Below are positions 29,806 through 39,097 of a stretch of DNA of 64,000 nucleotides, piece by piece. Each line of letters starts with the position of its first letter. Position 1 is the stretch's first letter. The stretch lies in IMG/VR virus record IMGVR_UViG_3300020123_000428. The stretch is one strand, 5' to 3'. The notes beneath the pieces were generated by a model that made no database searches, was not told the origin of the DNA, and was given only the letters and a program-made list of their open reading frames with translations. The translations under genes were made by a program, and so were the position numbers. This DNA is from an uncultured virus (IMG/VR IMGVR_UViG_3300020123_000428) (taxonomy: Duplodnaviria; Heunggongvirae; Uroviricota; Caudoviricetes).

Positions 29806-30221
29806 GCGTCGGGATCCTCATCGTCGTCGCCCTCGGCATCCTCGCCCTCGTCTTCGTCACCCTCCTCGTCTTCGTCGTCCTCGGAGAAGCGACTGTTCAG
29901 CTCGGTGATCACCTCGTCCTCGAGCGAGTACGCCAGCTCGTCGATGCGCCCCTGGAGCCACGCCTCGTAGGCGGTGTCCGCATCGATCGCCTCGCCGGCG
30001 GTCTTGATCCAGTCCTCGTTGTCGGCGATCCAGCGCCGCTTGGTCTTGCCGCTGGCGAGGGCCGCGGCCGCGCTCTGCGCCTGGCGCTGCAACTCCTCGC
30101 GGATCGGCACACCGTTGACCACCTTGTCGGCGATGTCGGCAGCGGTGAAGTCGTGGCGGAGCAGTTTCTCGCTCCGTCCGTCGAGGTACCAGAGGATGTA
30201 GTCGCCCTTGATCGTGGCCAT
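29802..30221 (-). CDS. hypothetical protein with acidic tail
   Basis: 139 aa; D/E-rich C-terminus. Confidence 0.6.
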   Translation of the reverse strand: MATIKGDYILWYLDGRSEKLLRHDFTAADIADKVVNGVPIREELQRQAQSAAAALASGKTKRRWIADNEDWIKTAGEAIDADTAYEAWLQGRIDELAYSLEDEVITELNSRFSEDDEDEEGDEDEGEDAEGDDDEDPDA

Positions 30222-30272
30222 GGGCGAATCATACTTGACTTGCGACCACCGCCGCGTCTATTTTTGTGTCAC

Positions 30273-30467
30273 ATGACGAGCAAGAGAGATCCGGCGAGGG
30301 GAGGCGCAGAGCTCGACCTGACCGTGCTGGCCCACACCCGCATCTCTCGGCGGGCCTCCGAGCTACTGCGGAAGCGCGCCCAGCAGGAGGGCATCAAGCC
30401 GGGCACCTGGGTGCGGCAGCAGATCTACCGCGGCCTGGGGCTCATCAAGGACGCCGATGGCGAATAG
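30273..30467 (+). CDS. ribbon-helix-helix-like regulator
   Basis: HTRISRRASELLRKRAQQEGIKPGTWVRQQI; divergent from 30221; TTGACT at 30235 upstream. Confidence 0.5.
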   Translation: MTSKRDPARGGAELDLTVLAHTRISRRASELLRKRAQQEGIKPGTWVRQQIYRGLGLIKDADGE

Positions 30468-30753
30468 CACCCCCCAGCAGTCCCCCGGCGTCACGGGCCC
30501 CATCGACCGGGTCCCGTGCCCGCACTGCGGCAAGCCCAACGACTTCCGGGACCTGTCCAGCCAGCAACTCCTGGACACCGGGCACCGGCTGTTCTGCGAT
30601 TCCTGCGGCAACTCGATGGAGATCGCCGCTATCCGCACCATGACGTTCCTGCTCGTGCGGCCGCTCCGCGGCGGCGGAGCGCGCCCTATCGCGGGGCCGC
30701 ATGACGCCCGGACGATCAGCCCGGCGCAACTGCAGCGCCTCCTGAAGAGGTAA
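30457..30753 (+). CDS. Zn-ribbon protein
   Basis: CPHCGK...CDSCGN. Confidence 0.55.
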   Translation: MANSTPQQSPGVTGPIDRVPCPHCGKPNDFRDLSSQQLLDTGHRLFCDSCGNSMEIAAIRTMTFLLVRPLRGGGARPIAGPHDARTISPAQLQRLLKR

Positions 30754-30756
30754 CCG

Positions 30757-31173
30757 ATGGACGCCCTCGAAGAGGATACCCGGGCCGTGCTGGCATCCAT
30801 GATCGGCAAGACCATGCAGTCCGTGGTCGCGGTGACGGTGCCGAATGCCTACAAGGGTCGGCCGAACCAGATCGACTTCCACGCCGAGAGCGGCGAGCGC
30901 TACCGGATGTACCACGACCAGGACTGCTGCGAGTCCACGGACATCGAGGACATCGTGGGCGACCTGTCGGACCTGGTGGGCTCTCCCATCGTCATGGCCG
31001 AGGTGGTGACCAGCCAGACCGACCCGCAGCGGACCGACAGCTTCTCCGAATCATGGACCTGGACGTACTACAAGTTCGCGACCGCCAAGGGCTACGTCAC
31101 CATCCGGTGGTACGGCGACTCCAACGGCTACTACAGCGAGTTCGCGCGGTTCGTGCGAGTCGATACGGAGTGA
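30757..31173 (+). CDS. conserved phage protein
   Basis: YHDQDCCES.IEDIVGDL...IRWYGDSNGYYSE, a pattern recalled from phage hypothetical proteins. Confidence 0.65.
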   Translation: MDALEEDTRAVLASMIGKTMQSVVAVTVPNAYKGRPNQIDFHAESGERYRMYHDQDCCESTDIEDIVGDLSDLVGSPIVMAEVVTSQTDPQRTDSFSESWTWTYYKFATAKGYVTIRWYGDSNGYYSEFARFVRVDTE

Positions 31174-31176
31174 CCG

Positions 31177-31371
31177 ATGGAACCGCGCGCATCCCGGCTC
31201 GGCCTCGACGAGATCTCCCAGATCCGGGAGCGCTCCGCCGAGGGCCTCTCGATGATCGACACCCGCCGGATCCTGGCCCACCTCGAGTGGCAAGATCAGG
31301 AGCTCGAACGCATCCGCTACGAGCGCGACATGGCCATGGACCAGTTGGCCGACACCAGGAGCGCCCAATGA
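31177..31371 (+). CDS. hypothetical protein
   Basis: GGAG RBS; operon fit. Confidence 0.45.
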   Translation: MEPRASRLGLDEISQIRERSAEGLSMIDTRRILAHLEWQDQELERIRYERDMAMDQLADTRSAQ

Positions 31372-31697
31372 CCGCCAACTCCCGGACCGATTTCCACATC
31401 ACCCTGTGTCGACCGATGCGCATCATGCTCCAGGACACGAGCGTGGAGTTCCTCGAGTTCGACGCCGTCCGTAACTACGACTGCGACGACATCCAGATGC
31501 GGATGGCCTTCCTTGAGGTGTCCCGCCTCTACCTGAGGGTCTGGCCGACTCCGGCACCGACACCCGCATACAGGCCTGCGCCTACGCCCACGCCAGACAA
31601 GCCAGCACGCCCCGTCAAGATGGCGGTTCGGCTGCTCATTCCGGTCGATAACATCTCTGGCATGGTCGAGCGTGCGCCGGATCTCAAGAAGGCGTGA
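31368..31697 (+). CDS. hypothetical protein
   Basis: AGGAG RBS; ATGA coupling. Confidence 0.45.
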   Translation: MTANSRTDFHITLCRPMRIMLQDTSVEFLEFDAVRNYDCDDIQMRMAFLEVSRLYLRVWPTPAPTPAYRPAPTPTPDKPARPVKMAVRLLIPVDNISGMVERAPDLKKA

Positions 31698-31735
31698 CAT
31701 CGTGGCCGGGTCTCGCCGTTCGTAACCCCAAGGGG

Positions 31736-32557
31736 ATGACTCCAATGCCGAGGACGCAAGCATACAAGGTATTCACGCACGATCTCCGACCCCCGGTACG
31801 TGGTGGGGATCCGGTCTGGGCGGGCGGCGTACCGCACATGCTACCGCGCACGGAGGTGGACACGTCCGACGAGGAATGCGCGGCAGGCTGGAACGCGTGC
31901 GCGATGGCGGAGGACGCGCTGCGCATCGCGGGGCTGTGGCCGGATGGCCGCCCAAGCCGGCTGTTTCGCGTCGAGACCAACGAGCCGGTGTTCGTGCGCG
32001 GCGACAAGGTGCGCGCCGCCACGTGGACCATCGTCGAGGAGTCGGCGGTGGACGACGCGGTCCACGCGCTGTCCCGGAAATGGTTCAGCGCCGAGTTTGC
32101 CGACGAGATGGCGCTCGAGCAACTGACATGGCGAGCCGCGCTCACGCGACCGGCGCGTGACCCGGCGCTCGTCGAGCAACACCTCGCACGAGCGCTCGAA
32201 GCGCGCGGTCTGCCGTGGACGTTGCGGCGCTTCGACACCGCCAGGGACGCCTGGGACGCCTGGGCCGCCTGGGCCGCCAGGGCCGCCAGGGACGCCAGGG
32301 ACGCCTGGGCCGCCAGGGCCGCCAGGGACGCCAGGGACGCCTGGGACGCCTGGGACGCCTGGGCCGCCTGGGCCGCCTGGGACGCCTGGGACGCCTTGAC
32401 CCACTACTTCGCTAGCGCGAAGAAGTGGGTCAGCGGACCGCGTGCCCAGTACACCATCGGTATCCGCGACGCCTATGCCCACGGCCTTGCCATCGCTATC
32501 CCCACAGCCCACAACCAGATCGGCTGGGCTCTCGACAACCGAACGGATCACCGATGA
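31736..32557 (+). CDS. phage protein with A(W/R)(D/A) tripeptide repeats
   Basis: ORF with internal 9-bp tandem array. Confidence 0.6.
   Translation: MTPMPRTQAYKVFTHDLRPPVRGGDPVWAGGVPHMLPRTEVDTSDEECAAGWNACAMAEDALRIAGLWPDGRPSRLFRVETNEPVFVRGDKVRAATWTIVEESAVDDAVHALSRKWFSAEFADEMALEQLTWRAALTRPARDPALVEQHLARALEARGLPWTLRRFDTARDAWDAWAAWAARAARDARDAWAARAARDARDAWDAWDAWAAWAAWDAWDALTHYFASAKKWVSGPRAQYTIGIRDAYAHGLAIAIPTAHNQIGWALDNRTDHR
32240..32395 (+). repeat. 9-bp tandem repeat GCC(A/T)GGG(A/C)C, ~17 units
   Basis: directly visible. Confidence 0.9.
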
Positions 32558-32883
32558 AAACGCTCCTGATCACGCTGATCGTCATCATTGCCGCCTGCGG
32601 CGATCCCGATACCTCCTCGGTGTCACAGGAACTGACCGCCTGCACCGGCGACGATGGCCTGCACATCATCTGCTACAGCACTGACTGGCCGGGGCCCTGC
32701 GCCCAACTCTCGAACTGCAACCCCACGGGGTACTGTCCGGAGTCCACCTCGACAGAGATCGCATACTGCGCCAACGTCAAGAACTGCGGTCGCCCCGAGT
32801 ATGGGAACTACTGCACCGGACAGGCGTGCCCCAACGGCACCCCGCAGTTCCAGCACTGGTGCCTGCTCGGTAGCCCACCCTGA
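32554..32883 (+). CDS. Cys-rich lipoprotein
   Basis: signal peptide with lipobox IAAC; many Cys. Confidence 0.6.
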   Translation: MKTLLITLIVIIAACGDPDTSSVSQELTACTGDDGLHIICYSTDWPGPCAQLSNCNPTGYCPESTSTEIAYCANVKNCGRPEYGNYCTGQACPNGTPQFQHWCLLGSPP

Positions 32884-32916
32884 GTCGGGCCAAAGGAGCG
32901 GACGTCCGCCAGACGC

Positions 32917-33170
32917 GCTGTGGCGCCACCACAGACCCTGAACAGTGAAGGAGGAGATCCAATGCGCACCTAGAGCCCGTCACCGATGAGATTGAGTCGC
33001 TCCCAACTCCCACAGAGCGACGGACAAAGGCAGGCGGCACGGCGCCCTATCCGTGCAAACAAGGGTTGGCTCCGGACCCACCCACGGAGACGCGTCGGGC
33101 GCGTTATGGAGACCCGGAGAAGCAAGCGTACGATAGCCGGAGACGAGACCGAGATGAGACGGAGACATGT
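32917..33170 (+). CRISPR. degenerate hairpin-repeat mini-array
   Basis: GCTGTGG-N5-CCACAGAC 32917-32936; GCTCCG-N10-CGGAGAC 33069-33091; further GGAGAC half-repeats. Confidence 0.4.
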
Positions 33171-33649
33171 CACAGACAAGGGTTCACGAGATGCGCTTTC
33201 CACTGGCAAGAACACAGGCCATGGCACCGAGCTGGGAGGTCCACCGGTACGGTATCCTCCACGTGGTGACCGACCTCCAGGGTCGCCTCGTGGCGGTCGC
33301 GGTGAACCAGGAGACCACGGGGCACTTTCTCGTGTCCCACGTCGCCCAGGACACCCGGCGGTTCTTCGTGGCGTGGTCCGGCCCGCTGCCCCGGCCGGGT
33401 GACTACCTGATGGTGCCCCGGCGGGCGAAGTACGCCTACGAGATCGTGGGTGAGCCCGTGGTGCGCGGTCCGGGCGATGTGGTGGTCGACGTCCGGCAGG
33501 TCCCGCTCCCGCTTCCTGCGCACATCCGGCCGACGATCCACCGCTGGGCGTGGCACCACCGGGTCGGACGGTTCACCGGAAACGCGGTGGGGCGTGCTCG
33601 CGCGCCTGAGCAGCGAGACACGCTGTCAATCTCCTCTGGCGAGACGTGA
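33167..33649 (+). CDS. hypothetical protein
   Basis: GC3-rich core; start uncertain; 3' end overlaps hairpin repeats. Confidence 0.45.
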   Translation: MSQTRVHEMRFPLARTQAMAPSWEVHRYGILHVVTDLQGRLVAVAVNQETTGHFLVSHVAQDTRRFFVAWSGPLPRPGDYLMVPRRAKYAYEIVGEPVVRGPGDVVVDVRQVPLPLPAHIRPTIHRWAWHHRVGRFTGNAVGRARAPEQRDTLSISSGET

Positions 33650-33685
33650 TCAGGAGTGGTCGGAACGGCCCGCGGGACGCGGGAC
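33596..33685 (+). CRISPR. degenerate hairpin-repeat mini-array
   Basis: GCTCGC...GCGAGAC 33596-33619; half repeat 33639-33645; GCCCGC-N5-GCGGGAC 33668-33685; spacers 19 and 22 nt. Confidence 0.5.
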
Positions 33686-33713
33686 GCGCTTCAAGCGGAA
33701 AGGAGTTCAAGCG

Positions 33714-34019
33714 ATGATGACGATGCTCAAGCAGTGGTGGAAGATCGCTCGCATCCCCGAGGCACTGGATGCGGCGGAGTCGGAGATCGTGGCGAGGATC
33801 TCCGGCATCAGGCGATCGCTGACCCTGGCACGTGGCATGGTCGGCGGCGGGTACCTGATCGTCGGTCGGAACAACCGGACCATCGCGTACGGCACTCACC
33901 GGCAGGCTCGGGACTTCGCTGACACGCTCGCCCGCAACACCGGCGAGTGCGTCACGGTGGCGGTCATCCTGGAGCACCGCCACTGCCCCAACTGCCCGCA
34001 CACCCAGGAGTCGAACTAG
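33714..34019 (+). CDS. hypothetical protein
   Basis: AAGGAG RBS. Confidence 0.5.
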   Translation: MMTMLKQWWKIARIPEALDAAESEIVARISGIRRSLTLARGMVGGGYLIVGRNNRTIAYGTHRQARDFADTLARNTGECVTVAVILEHRHCPNCPHTQESN

Positions 34020-34021
34020 CC

Positions 34022-34258
34022 ATGACGCGGCACATCGATCGCCTGATCTGGCCGCTGATCTGCCGGCGGCGGGGGTACGCCATCGTTCTGATCTTGCTCC
34101 TGGCTGGGCTGGTCGCCCAGCTCATCGAGCCTGACATGCTGCACAGCACCGTGCTGTGGTGCGCGCTGGACGTGGCCATCGCGATGGCGGCGGTCCTGGT
34201 CATCGACTCCCGCGCCCGCTACGTGGTGTGGCGCAGCGCCCAGCGGCGGAGGCTCTAG
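34022..34258 (+). CDS. two-TM membrane protein
   Basis: two hydrophobic helices. Confidence 0.45.
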   Translation: MTRHIDRLIWPLICRRRGYAIVLILLLAGLVAQLIEPDMLHSTVLWCALDVAIAMAAVLVIDSRARYVVWRSAQRRRL

Positions 34259-34261
34259 GCG

Positions 34262-34528
34262 ATGTCGGACCTCACGGATCCGCAATTGGCACGCCTGCTC
34301 GAGGACTTGCCCCAGATGGCGAGCCGCGACCTCGAGGTCGGGGACGCGGTGCTGATCTCGGTCTCCGCGATCGCGACCGAGCTTCAGCGCCGGCGCGAGG
34401 CCCACCGCCAGATGCTGCTCGAGGTCGAGTCCCTCGAGTGGTTCGCCCAGCGGCCGGATTCGCGCCACCCGGTCACCCAGGGCGCCGTGCTGCGCGTCCT
34501 GGAAGCCATCCGCAAGGCGGGTGGCTGA
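34262..34528 (+). CDS. hypothetical protein
   Basis: operon fit. Confidence 0.45.
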   Translation: MSDLTDPQLARLLEDLPQMASRDLEVGDAVLISVSAIATELQRRREAHRQMLLEVESLEWFAQRPDSRHPVTQGAVLRVLEAIRKAGG

Positions 34529-35091
34529 TGCCCCGCCACAACGGCTACGCGGTGTTCAGCGCGTGCAGTACGTACCGCTACGAGCTGGGCGGGGACATCG
34601 GGCCCCAGGAGCCGCTCAGCCTGTTCCACACCTCGCCGGTGTCGGCGCGGGACCCGATCCTCTGGATCATGGCCAACCCCTCGAAGGCCGGCGCCCAGGA
34701 CACCGACCCGACGGTCAGCACCACCGTGGTGTTCTCGGAGATCTGGGGCTACAACCGCTACATGGTGGGGAACCTGTCGGCGTTCGTTTCCACCGACCCT
34801 CGGGGCATGAAGCGAGCCCACGCGGCCGGCACGGACATCGTGGGGCCCGACAACGATCGCCACCTGATCGAGATGATCGGCCGGGTCCGGTCCGCCGAGC
34901 AGAGCGGCCGCCGGGGCCGCATCATGGTGGCCTGGGGCAAGGGCGCCGACCCCGAGCGCGTCCGCCAAGTGATGTCCCTGGTCCAGGGTGATGTCTACTG
35001 CCTGAAGACCAACCAGGACGGATCCCCGGTCCACCCGCTCTACCAGCCCCACCGCCTGGAGCCGTTCGTGTGGAGGGCGCCATGGATGTGA
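34528..35091 (+). CDS. DUF1643 family protein
   Basis: YRYEL...IMANPSKA...DPT...NL..F..TDP...AWG...HPLY. Confidence 0.8.
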   Translation: MPRHNGYAVFSACSTYRYELGGDIGPQEPLSLFHTSPVSARDPILWIMANPSKAGAQDTDPTVSTTVVFSEIWGYNRYMVGNLSAFVSTDPRGMKRAHAAGTDIVGPDNDRHLIEMIGRVRSAEQSGRRGRIMVAWGKGADPERVRQVMSLVQGDVYCLKTNQDGSPVHPLYQPHRLEPFVWRAPWM

Positions 35092-35456
35092 TGTGCTGCC
35101 CGCTGAGCGAGGCGGATGACGCGCCCAGCGTCTACAACACCACCCACCCGGTCGCGCGCAAGGAGCACCGCTGCGAGGAGTGCGGCGAAACCATCGGCAA
35201 GGGACAGAAGTACGAGCTCTACAAGAGCCTGTTCGATGGTCGTTGGTCGACCACGCGCACGTGTCTGTCGTGCGCCGAAATCCGCAACCACTTCGCGTGC
35301 GGCCAGTCGTACTACATCGGCCAGCTCTGGGAAGACCTCGAGCAGAACTTCTTCCCTGACATGAAGGCCGGCGGACCGTGCTTCACCGGGCTATCGCCGG
35401 AGGCGCGGGCTCGGATGTTCAAGCGCCGCCTCGCGTGGCTGGAGAAACACCGATGA
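35082..35456 (+). CDS. Zn-binding phage protein
   Basis: ARKEHRCEECGETI...TCLSC. Confidence 0.6.
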   Translation: MDVMCCPLSEADDAPSVYNTTHPVARKEHRCEECGETIGKGQKYELYKSLFDGRWSTTRTCLSCAEIRNHFACGQSYYIGQLWEDLEQNFFPDMKAGGPCFTGLSPEARARMFKRRLAWLEKHR

Positions 35457-35839
35457 TCGAGTTCAACGAGGACACCTACTGCCTGGGCATCTGGTACCTG
35501 CAGGGGCACCGCAGCGACTGGCTGGCGGCGGTGACGCGCGATGGCAACGGTCCCCTGGTGCTGCGGTACCGGTTCCGCCGCTATCGCGACGGGAAGGCAT
35601 TCGACAGCGACGACGAGAAGAGTTGGTGGCAAGCCACCTGCCCGAACGGTGGCTCCGAGGACGAGATCATCCGCGTGGTCGACGGCATCATGAACGATCT
35701 GATCGCCAAGGGGTTCTCGGTCGGTGAACCGTGGAGAGCCATCGTCCGCGGCGGAGCCGAGGTCGCGCTCCAGCAACTCCAACAGGCGCCGTTCATCCAC
35801 CTCCGACGGGTGGACGACGAGAGCCCGGACCAGAACTGA
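35453..35839 (+). CDS. hypothetical protein
   Basis: ATGA coupling. Confidence 0.55.
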   Translation: MIEFNEDTYCLGIWYLQGHRSDWLAAVTRDGNGPLVLRYRFRRYRDGKAFDSDDEKSWWQATCPNGGSEDEIIRVVDGIMNDLIAKGFSVGEPWRAIVRGGAEVALQQLQQAPFIHLRRVDDESPDQN

Positions 35840-35920
35840 TGAGCGCCCCCATCGTCGCGACCGGCTGGCGCGTGTGGCTCGCCTACGAGGCAAAGCCCGG
35901 GATCACCCGCGCGTCCTGCC

Positions 35921-36211
35921 ATGACCGAGGTCATGCAGGCGTCGCCGATCGAGGATTGCGCACGCGGCGTCAAGATCCGCGGATGGTCGAAGGACTTGCA
36001 GGGACCGATGGAGTTCGTGAGCCCGTACCTCGAGTGCGGACGGCCGATCCGCTTCGTCATCATGCCGATGATAATGCCGGTCCTCCAAGAGCAGCCCGTC
36101 ACCCCGGAGTGGCGCGCCCAGACGCTGGAGCGGCTGGCCGAGGTGTACGAGCACCGCGCCATGCTGGACACGCGCATCCGCACCCTGAGGAGCCAACGTG
36201 ACGACGAGTGA
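35921..36211 (+). CDS. hypothetical protein
   Basis: ORF in operon; start uncertain. Confidence 0.4.
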   Translation: MTEVMQASPIEDCARGVKIRGWSKDLQGPMEFVSPYLECGRPIRFVIMPMIMPVLQEQPVTPEWRAQTLERLAEVYEHRAMLDTRIRTLRSQRDDE

Positions 36212-36446
36212 ACCGCCGATCGCTGAGGTCGTGCTGACCCACGCCACCGAGCCGCGGGGCTACCGCCTATGCCGCTGCTCAGTGTGCGACGAGGTCCACC
36301 GCTGCACGCCCAGCAGCGACTTTTTCACCGTCGGCGGTGAAGCGGACGAGCCCCTCGAGAACGGCAAGCCGCTCTTCTGCGCGTCGTGCTTCTTCGATTG
36401 GTGCGCGCGGCACATGGATCGCTCTCGCTCTCGAGCACCGTCGTGA
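36198..36446 (+). CDS. Zn-finger protein
   Basis: CSVC...CASC. Confidence 0.45.
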   Translation: MTTSEPPIAEVVLTHATEPRGYRLCRCSVCDEVHRCTPSSDFFTVGGEADEPLENGKPLFCASCFFDWCARHMDRSRSRAPS

Positions 36447-36454
36447 TCACGCGC

Positions 36455-36979
36455 ATGTCCAACGCAGAGTACCTCCGCCAGCTCCGCCGGAAGGCGATCG
36501 AGCAGGGGTTGTGCTACTCCTGCCGCGCGCGCCGATGTACGCCGGGTGCGCGATACTGCGCGGAGTGCATCGAGCGAGCGGCCAACCACGAGCGCACGCT
36601 GGTCGCCACCAGGCGGTGCATCTGCTGCTGCGCCAACCTCCCCCGTGGCTGGCGTAAGCAGCGGTGTCCCGGATGCACCTCAGCGGAGGCCGAGCGCAAG
36701 CGGGCGCAGAAGGCTCGGTGGATCGCCGCCGGGATGTGTAGCCAGTGCGGCAAGCACTCGCCGATGCCGCAGCGGCGCCGCTGCTACGAATGCAATGAGG
36801 CCGGCCGGCTCCGGATGCTGGGCTACGAGCGCCGCCGGGGTCGCAAGCCCAAGCCCAAGCCGTGCGCCATCTGCAACCGCTTGGGCCTCGATGGCACCAA
36901 CCACACGAGGCACACCCACGCCCGTCACATGGCGCTGCTCGCCCGCGCTTTCCCCTCGAAGGGGACTGGAACTAAATAG
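36455..36979 (+). CDS. multi-Zn-finger basic protein
   Basis: repeated CxxC pairs. Confidence 0.55.
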   Translation: MSNAEYLRQLRRKAIEQGLCYSCRARRCTPGARYCAECIERAANHERTLVATRRCICCCANLPRGWRKQRCPGCTSAEAERKRAQKARWIAAGMCSQCGKHSPMPQRRRCYECNEAGRLRMLGYERRRGRKPKPKPCAICNRLGLDGTNHTRHTHARHMALLARAFPSKGTGTK

Positions 36980-36991
36980 TAATTTAGTTCC
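36968..36991. promoter_or_regulatory. AT-rich perfect inverted repeat GGAACTAAAT-N4-ATTTAGTTCC
   Basis: 10-bp arms in a rare AT-rich intergenic patch. Confidence 0.55.
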
Positions 36992-37031
36992 GCTCAACCC
37001 ACAGTCCTGCGTAATTTCAAGGAGTTACATC

Positions 37032-37610
37032 GTGTCTGATCCACTTCCTTTCATGCTGACCGGTGACCACATCCTCGTGCGCTTCCTTCCCCCGCATGCC
37101 GACGCGCCGAATCTTCGGCATGCCGAGGTCATCCAACTGGGACCCCGCTTGCCGCTGGGGCTCACCGAGCGCCCGCTCTGCGTCGGGGACTCCGTTCTGA
37201 TGAGCAGCGATGCGGGATCGTGGGTGGGGGTCGAGATGCCCGAAGGGCAGCCACTGTGCATCGTCCGGTTTGCAGACGTGCTGGCGATCATCAGTGCCCC
37301 AGAGGTCAAGGACACCCAGAAGCGTGACCATGGGGCGCAGATGCTCCTGATCCCGTTCAAGGGCAAGCCGTTCGAGATCAGGCTCCCCAAGCCTGCGGTC
37401 GGCGACGCTGGCGTTCTGCGCGACTGGAGCGATCGCTTCTACGTGTTCGACCCACTCGGCCATAGGCCACCGCTCCGGTTTGTCGAGGTCAAGTGCCTCG
37501 ACATACGGGACGCGCGTACCCCATCTCAGTGCCAGCACGCCACCCGCTGCGACATCGACATCGAGACCGGCCTGCCGACATGCGTCTCTCGCCCGGAGCC
37601 GCAGCCGTGA
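37032..37610 (+). CDS. GroES/Cpn10-like domain protein with C-terminal extension
   Basis: TGDHILVR...AEVIQLGP...LCVGDSVL...IVRFADVLAII; AAGGAG RBS before GTG. Confidence 0.55.
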   Translation: MSDPLPFMLTGDHILVRFLPPHADAPNLRHAEVIQLGPRLPLGLTERPLCVGDSVLMSSDAGSWVGVEMPEGQPLCIVRFADVLAIISAPEVKDTQKRDHGAQMLLIPFKGKPFEIRLPKPAVGDAGVLRDWSDRFYVFDPLGHRPPLRFVEVKCLDIRDARTPSQCQHATRCDIDIETGLPTCVSRPEPQP

Positions 37611-37815
37611 ACGAGGGGCAGGCGAAACGCCTTCGACGACTCCTGTCTCCGGGCAGCCGAGTCGCGGTTCTGGCGCGGTGGCCTCGGCTGAACCACCGTG
37701 AGCGCGGCCGACTTATGCGCCAGATCGAGGCCGAGGCGGAGACGCTCTCGTGGCGCCACACAACTCCGCCGGTGTGGGATCCGGTCGGCATCTCCGTGGC
37801 GATCGGACGCGACCT

Positions 37816-37980
37816 ATGAAGCGCAGCAAGCTCTCCCTGTCCCGGGAGACCATCCGCGCCTTCGCGGCGGCAACTCCCTCGATGGCCACCTCGATGACGA
37901 GCAACCCCAAGAAGCAATCCGAGTTCGTGCCGCCAATGGCCGGATGCACCAGCGCCGGGCTGGCGGAGTGCACCCGATGA
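37816..37980 (+). CDS. RiPP/lanthipeptide-precursor-like peptide
   Basis: leader MKRSKLSLSRETIR; Ser/Thr/Cys-rich core. Confidence 0.45.
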   Translation: MKRSKLSLSRETIRAFAAATPSMATSMTSNPKKQSEFVPPMAGCTSAGLAECTR

Positions 37981-38660
37981 GCGACCACAAGTACGAGGCG
38001 CTCGGCGATGGCGACCTGACGCCCGAGCAGCTCGACGGCATGGAGATGTGGGATCGCAGCGACATGCTCAGCGCGCGCCACCGCTTCGTCGGCGCGGTGC
38101 TGGTGCGCCGCGCTGTGGCCGAGATCCGTCGCCACCGCGCCGCCCAGTCCACCAGCGCGGAGCGGGTGCGGAGCGCGGTGAGGGATGCAATCGACAGCGA
38201 GGTTTGCATCGACAACGATCAGGTGTCGGCAATCGCTGACCGCGTCGCGTCGCTGCTGGCAGCCTCGTCGTCGGACACCGCCTGCGGTGCCGGTGCCGAC
38301 CGCCACCGCGCCGCAGCGCCTCAAGAGCAAGTCCCGGACGAGACCATCAATCGCTTCCTTGATCCCGGCTGGGAGCGCATCGGGCGGATCGACAAAGCGG
38401 AGCGCCGCTCGCTCTGGATTCGTGAGTCGCCAGACGTCATCGAGCTCTGCGCCGGGCGCGAGGGAGACGACGCGTATGTGCGGATCACGCCGGAGAATCC
38501 GCAATGGCGCGACCTGTCCAGCGTGTTGGGCTGCGCGCGGTTCGCGGCCGAATACGAGGACGACGACGGGCGCACGCTGGAGCGCGAGGCCACCGCTCAG
38601 CGCGTGGTGGTTCCGACGAAGCGGCGGAAAGCCGGATCTCGCCCGTCACGCGAGCCCTGA
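37977..38660 (+). CDS. hypothetical protein
   Basis: ATGA coupling. Confidence 0.5.
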   Translation: MSDHKYEALGDGDLTPEQLDGMEMWDRSDMLSARHRFVGAVLVRRAVAEIRRHRAAQSTSAERVRSAVRDAIDSEVCIDNDQVSAIADRVASLLAASSSDTACGAGADRHRAAAPQEQVPDETINRFLDPGWERIGRIDKAERRSLWIRESPDVIELCAGREGDDAYVRITPENPQWRDLSSVLGCARFAAEYEDDDGRTLEREATAQRVVVPTKRRKAGSRPSREP

Positions 38661-38711
38661 TGTGGATGGATGGCTACCCGGGCGGCGGATACAATGCCAG
38701 TGGCAAGTGGG

Positions 38712-39070
38712 GCTCGCCCCCGGGCGAGACACGATGACAAGGCCTTCACCTCCAAAGGAGAGCCGCATGCTGACCCGACATGTCGACCGCCCTCGCCTCC
38801 GCCCCTGCATCGCCTGCATCCTCGTCGCGCTGCTCTGCACGGCCGTCGCGGGTGCGATGTGTGCGTCGATCGACTACGTAGCGCGGATGGCGGTGACCGA
38901 CTATGGTCAGTCGCTGGGGACCATCAACACGTGCACGCTGCCGGTGGTCGACAAGGAATAGCTCCGGATCCGGAGACCGTCGCGCGCCCCGAGCGATCGC
39001 GGACAGCAGGCAACGGAGACAACTGCACGAACGACTCAGGGGCTGGCTCGGTGCCCACGCAAACCGACGA
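38712..39070 (+). CRISPR. dispersed hairpin repeats
   Basis: GCTCGCCCCCGGGCGAGAC 38712-38730; GCTCCGGATCCGGAGAC 38961-38977; half repeat CGGAGAC 39014-39020. Confidence 0.45.
38734..38961 (+). CDS. small membrane protein
   Basis: hydrophobic segment; start may be 38767. Confidence 0.35.
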   Translation: MTRPSPPKESRMLTRHVDRPRLRPCIACILVALLCTAVAGAMCASIDYVARMAVTDYGQSLGTINTCTLPVVDKE

Positions 39071-39097
39071 CCGAATCATGAACCGAAGGAGATCGAG

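Noticed and set aside
32157..32399. Collagen-like GPP/GTP ORF
   Set aside because: Alternative frame of the 9-bp repeat inside the 31736-32557 gene
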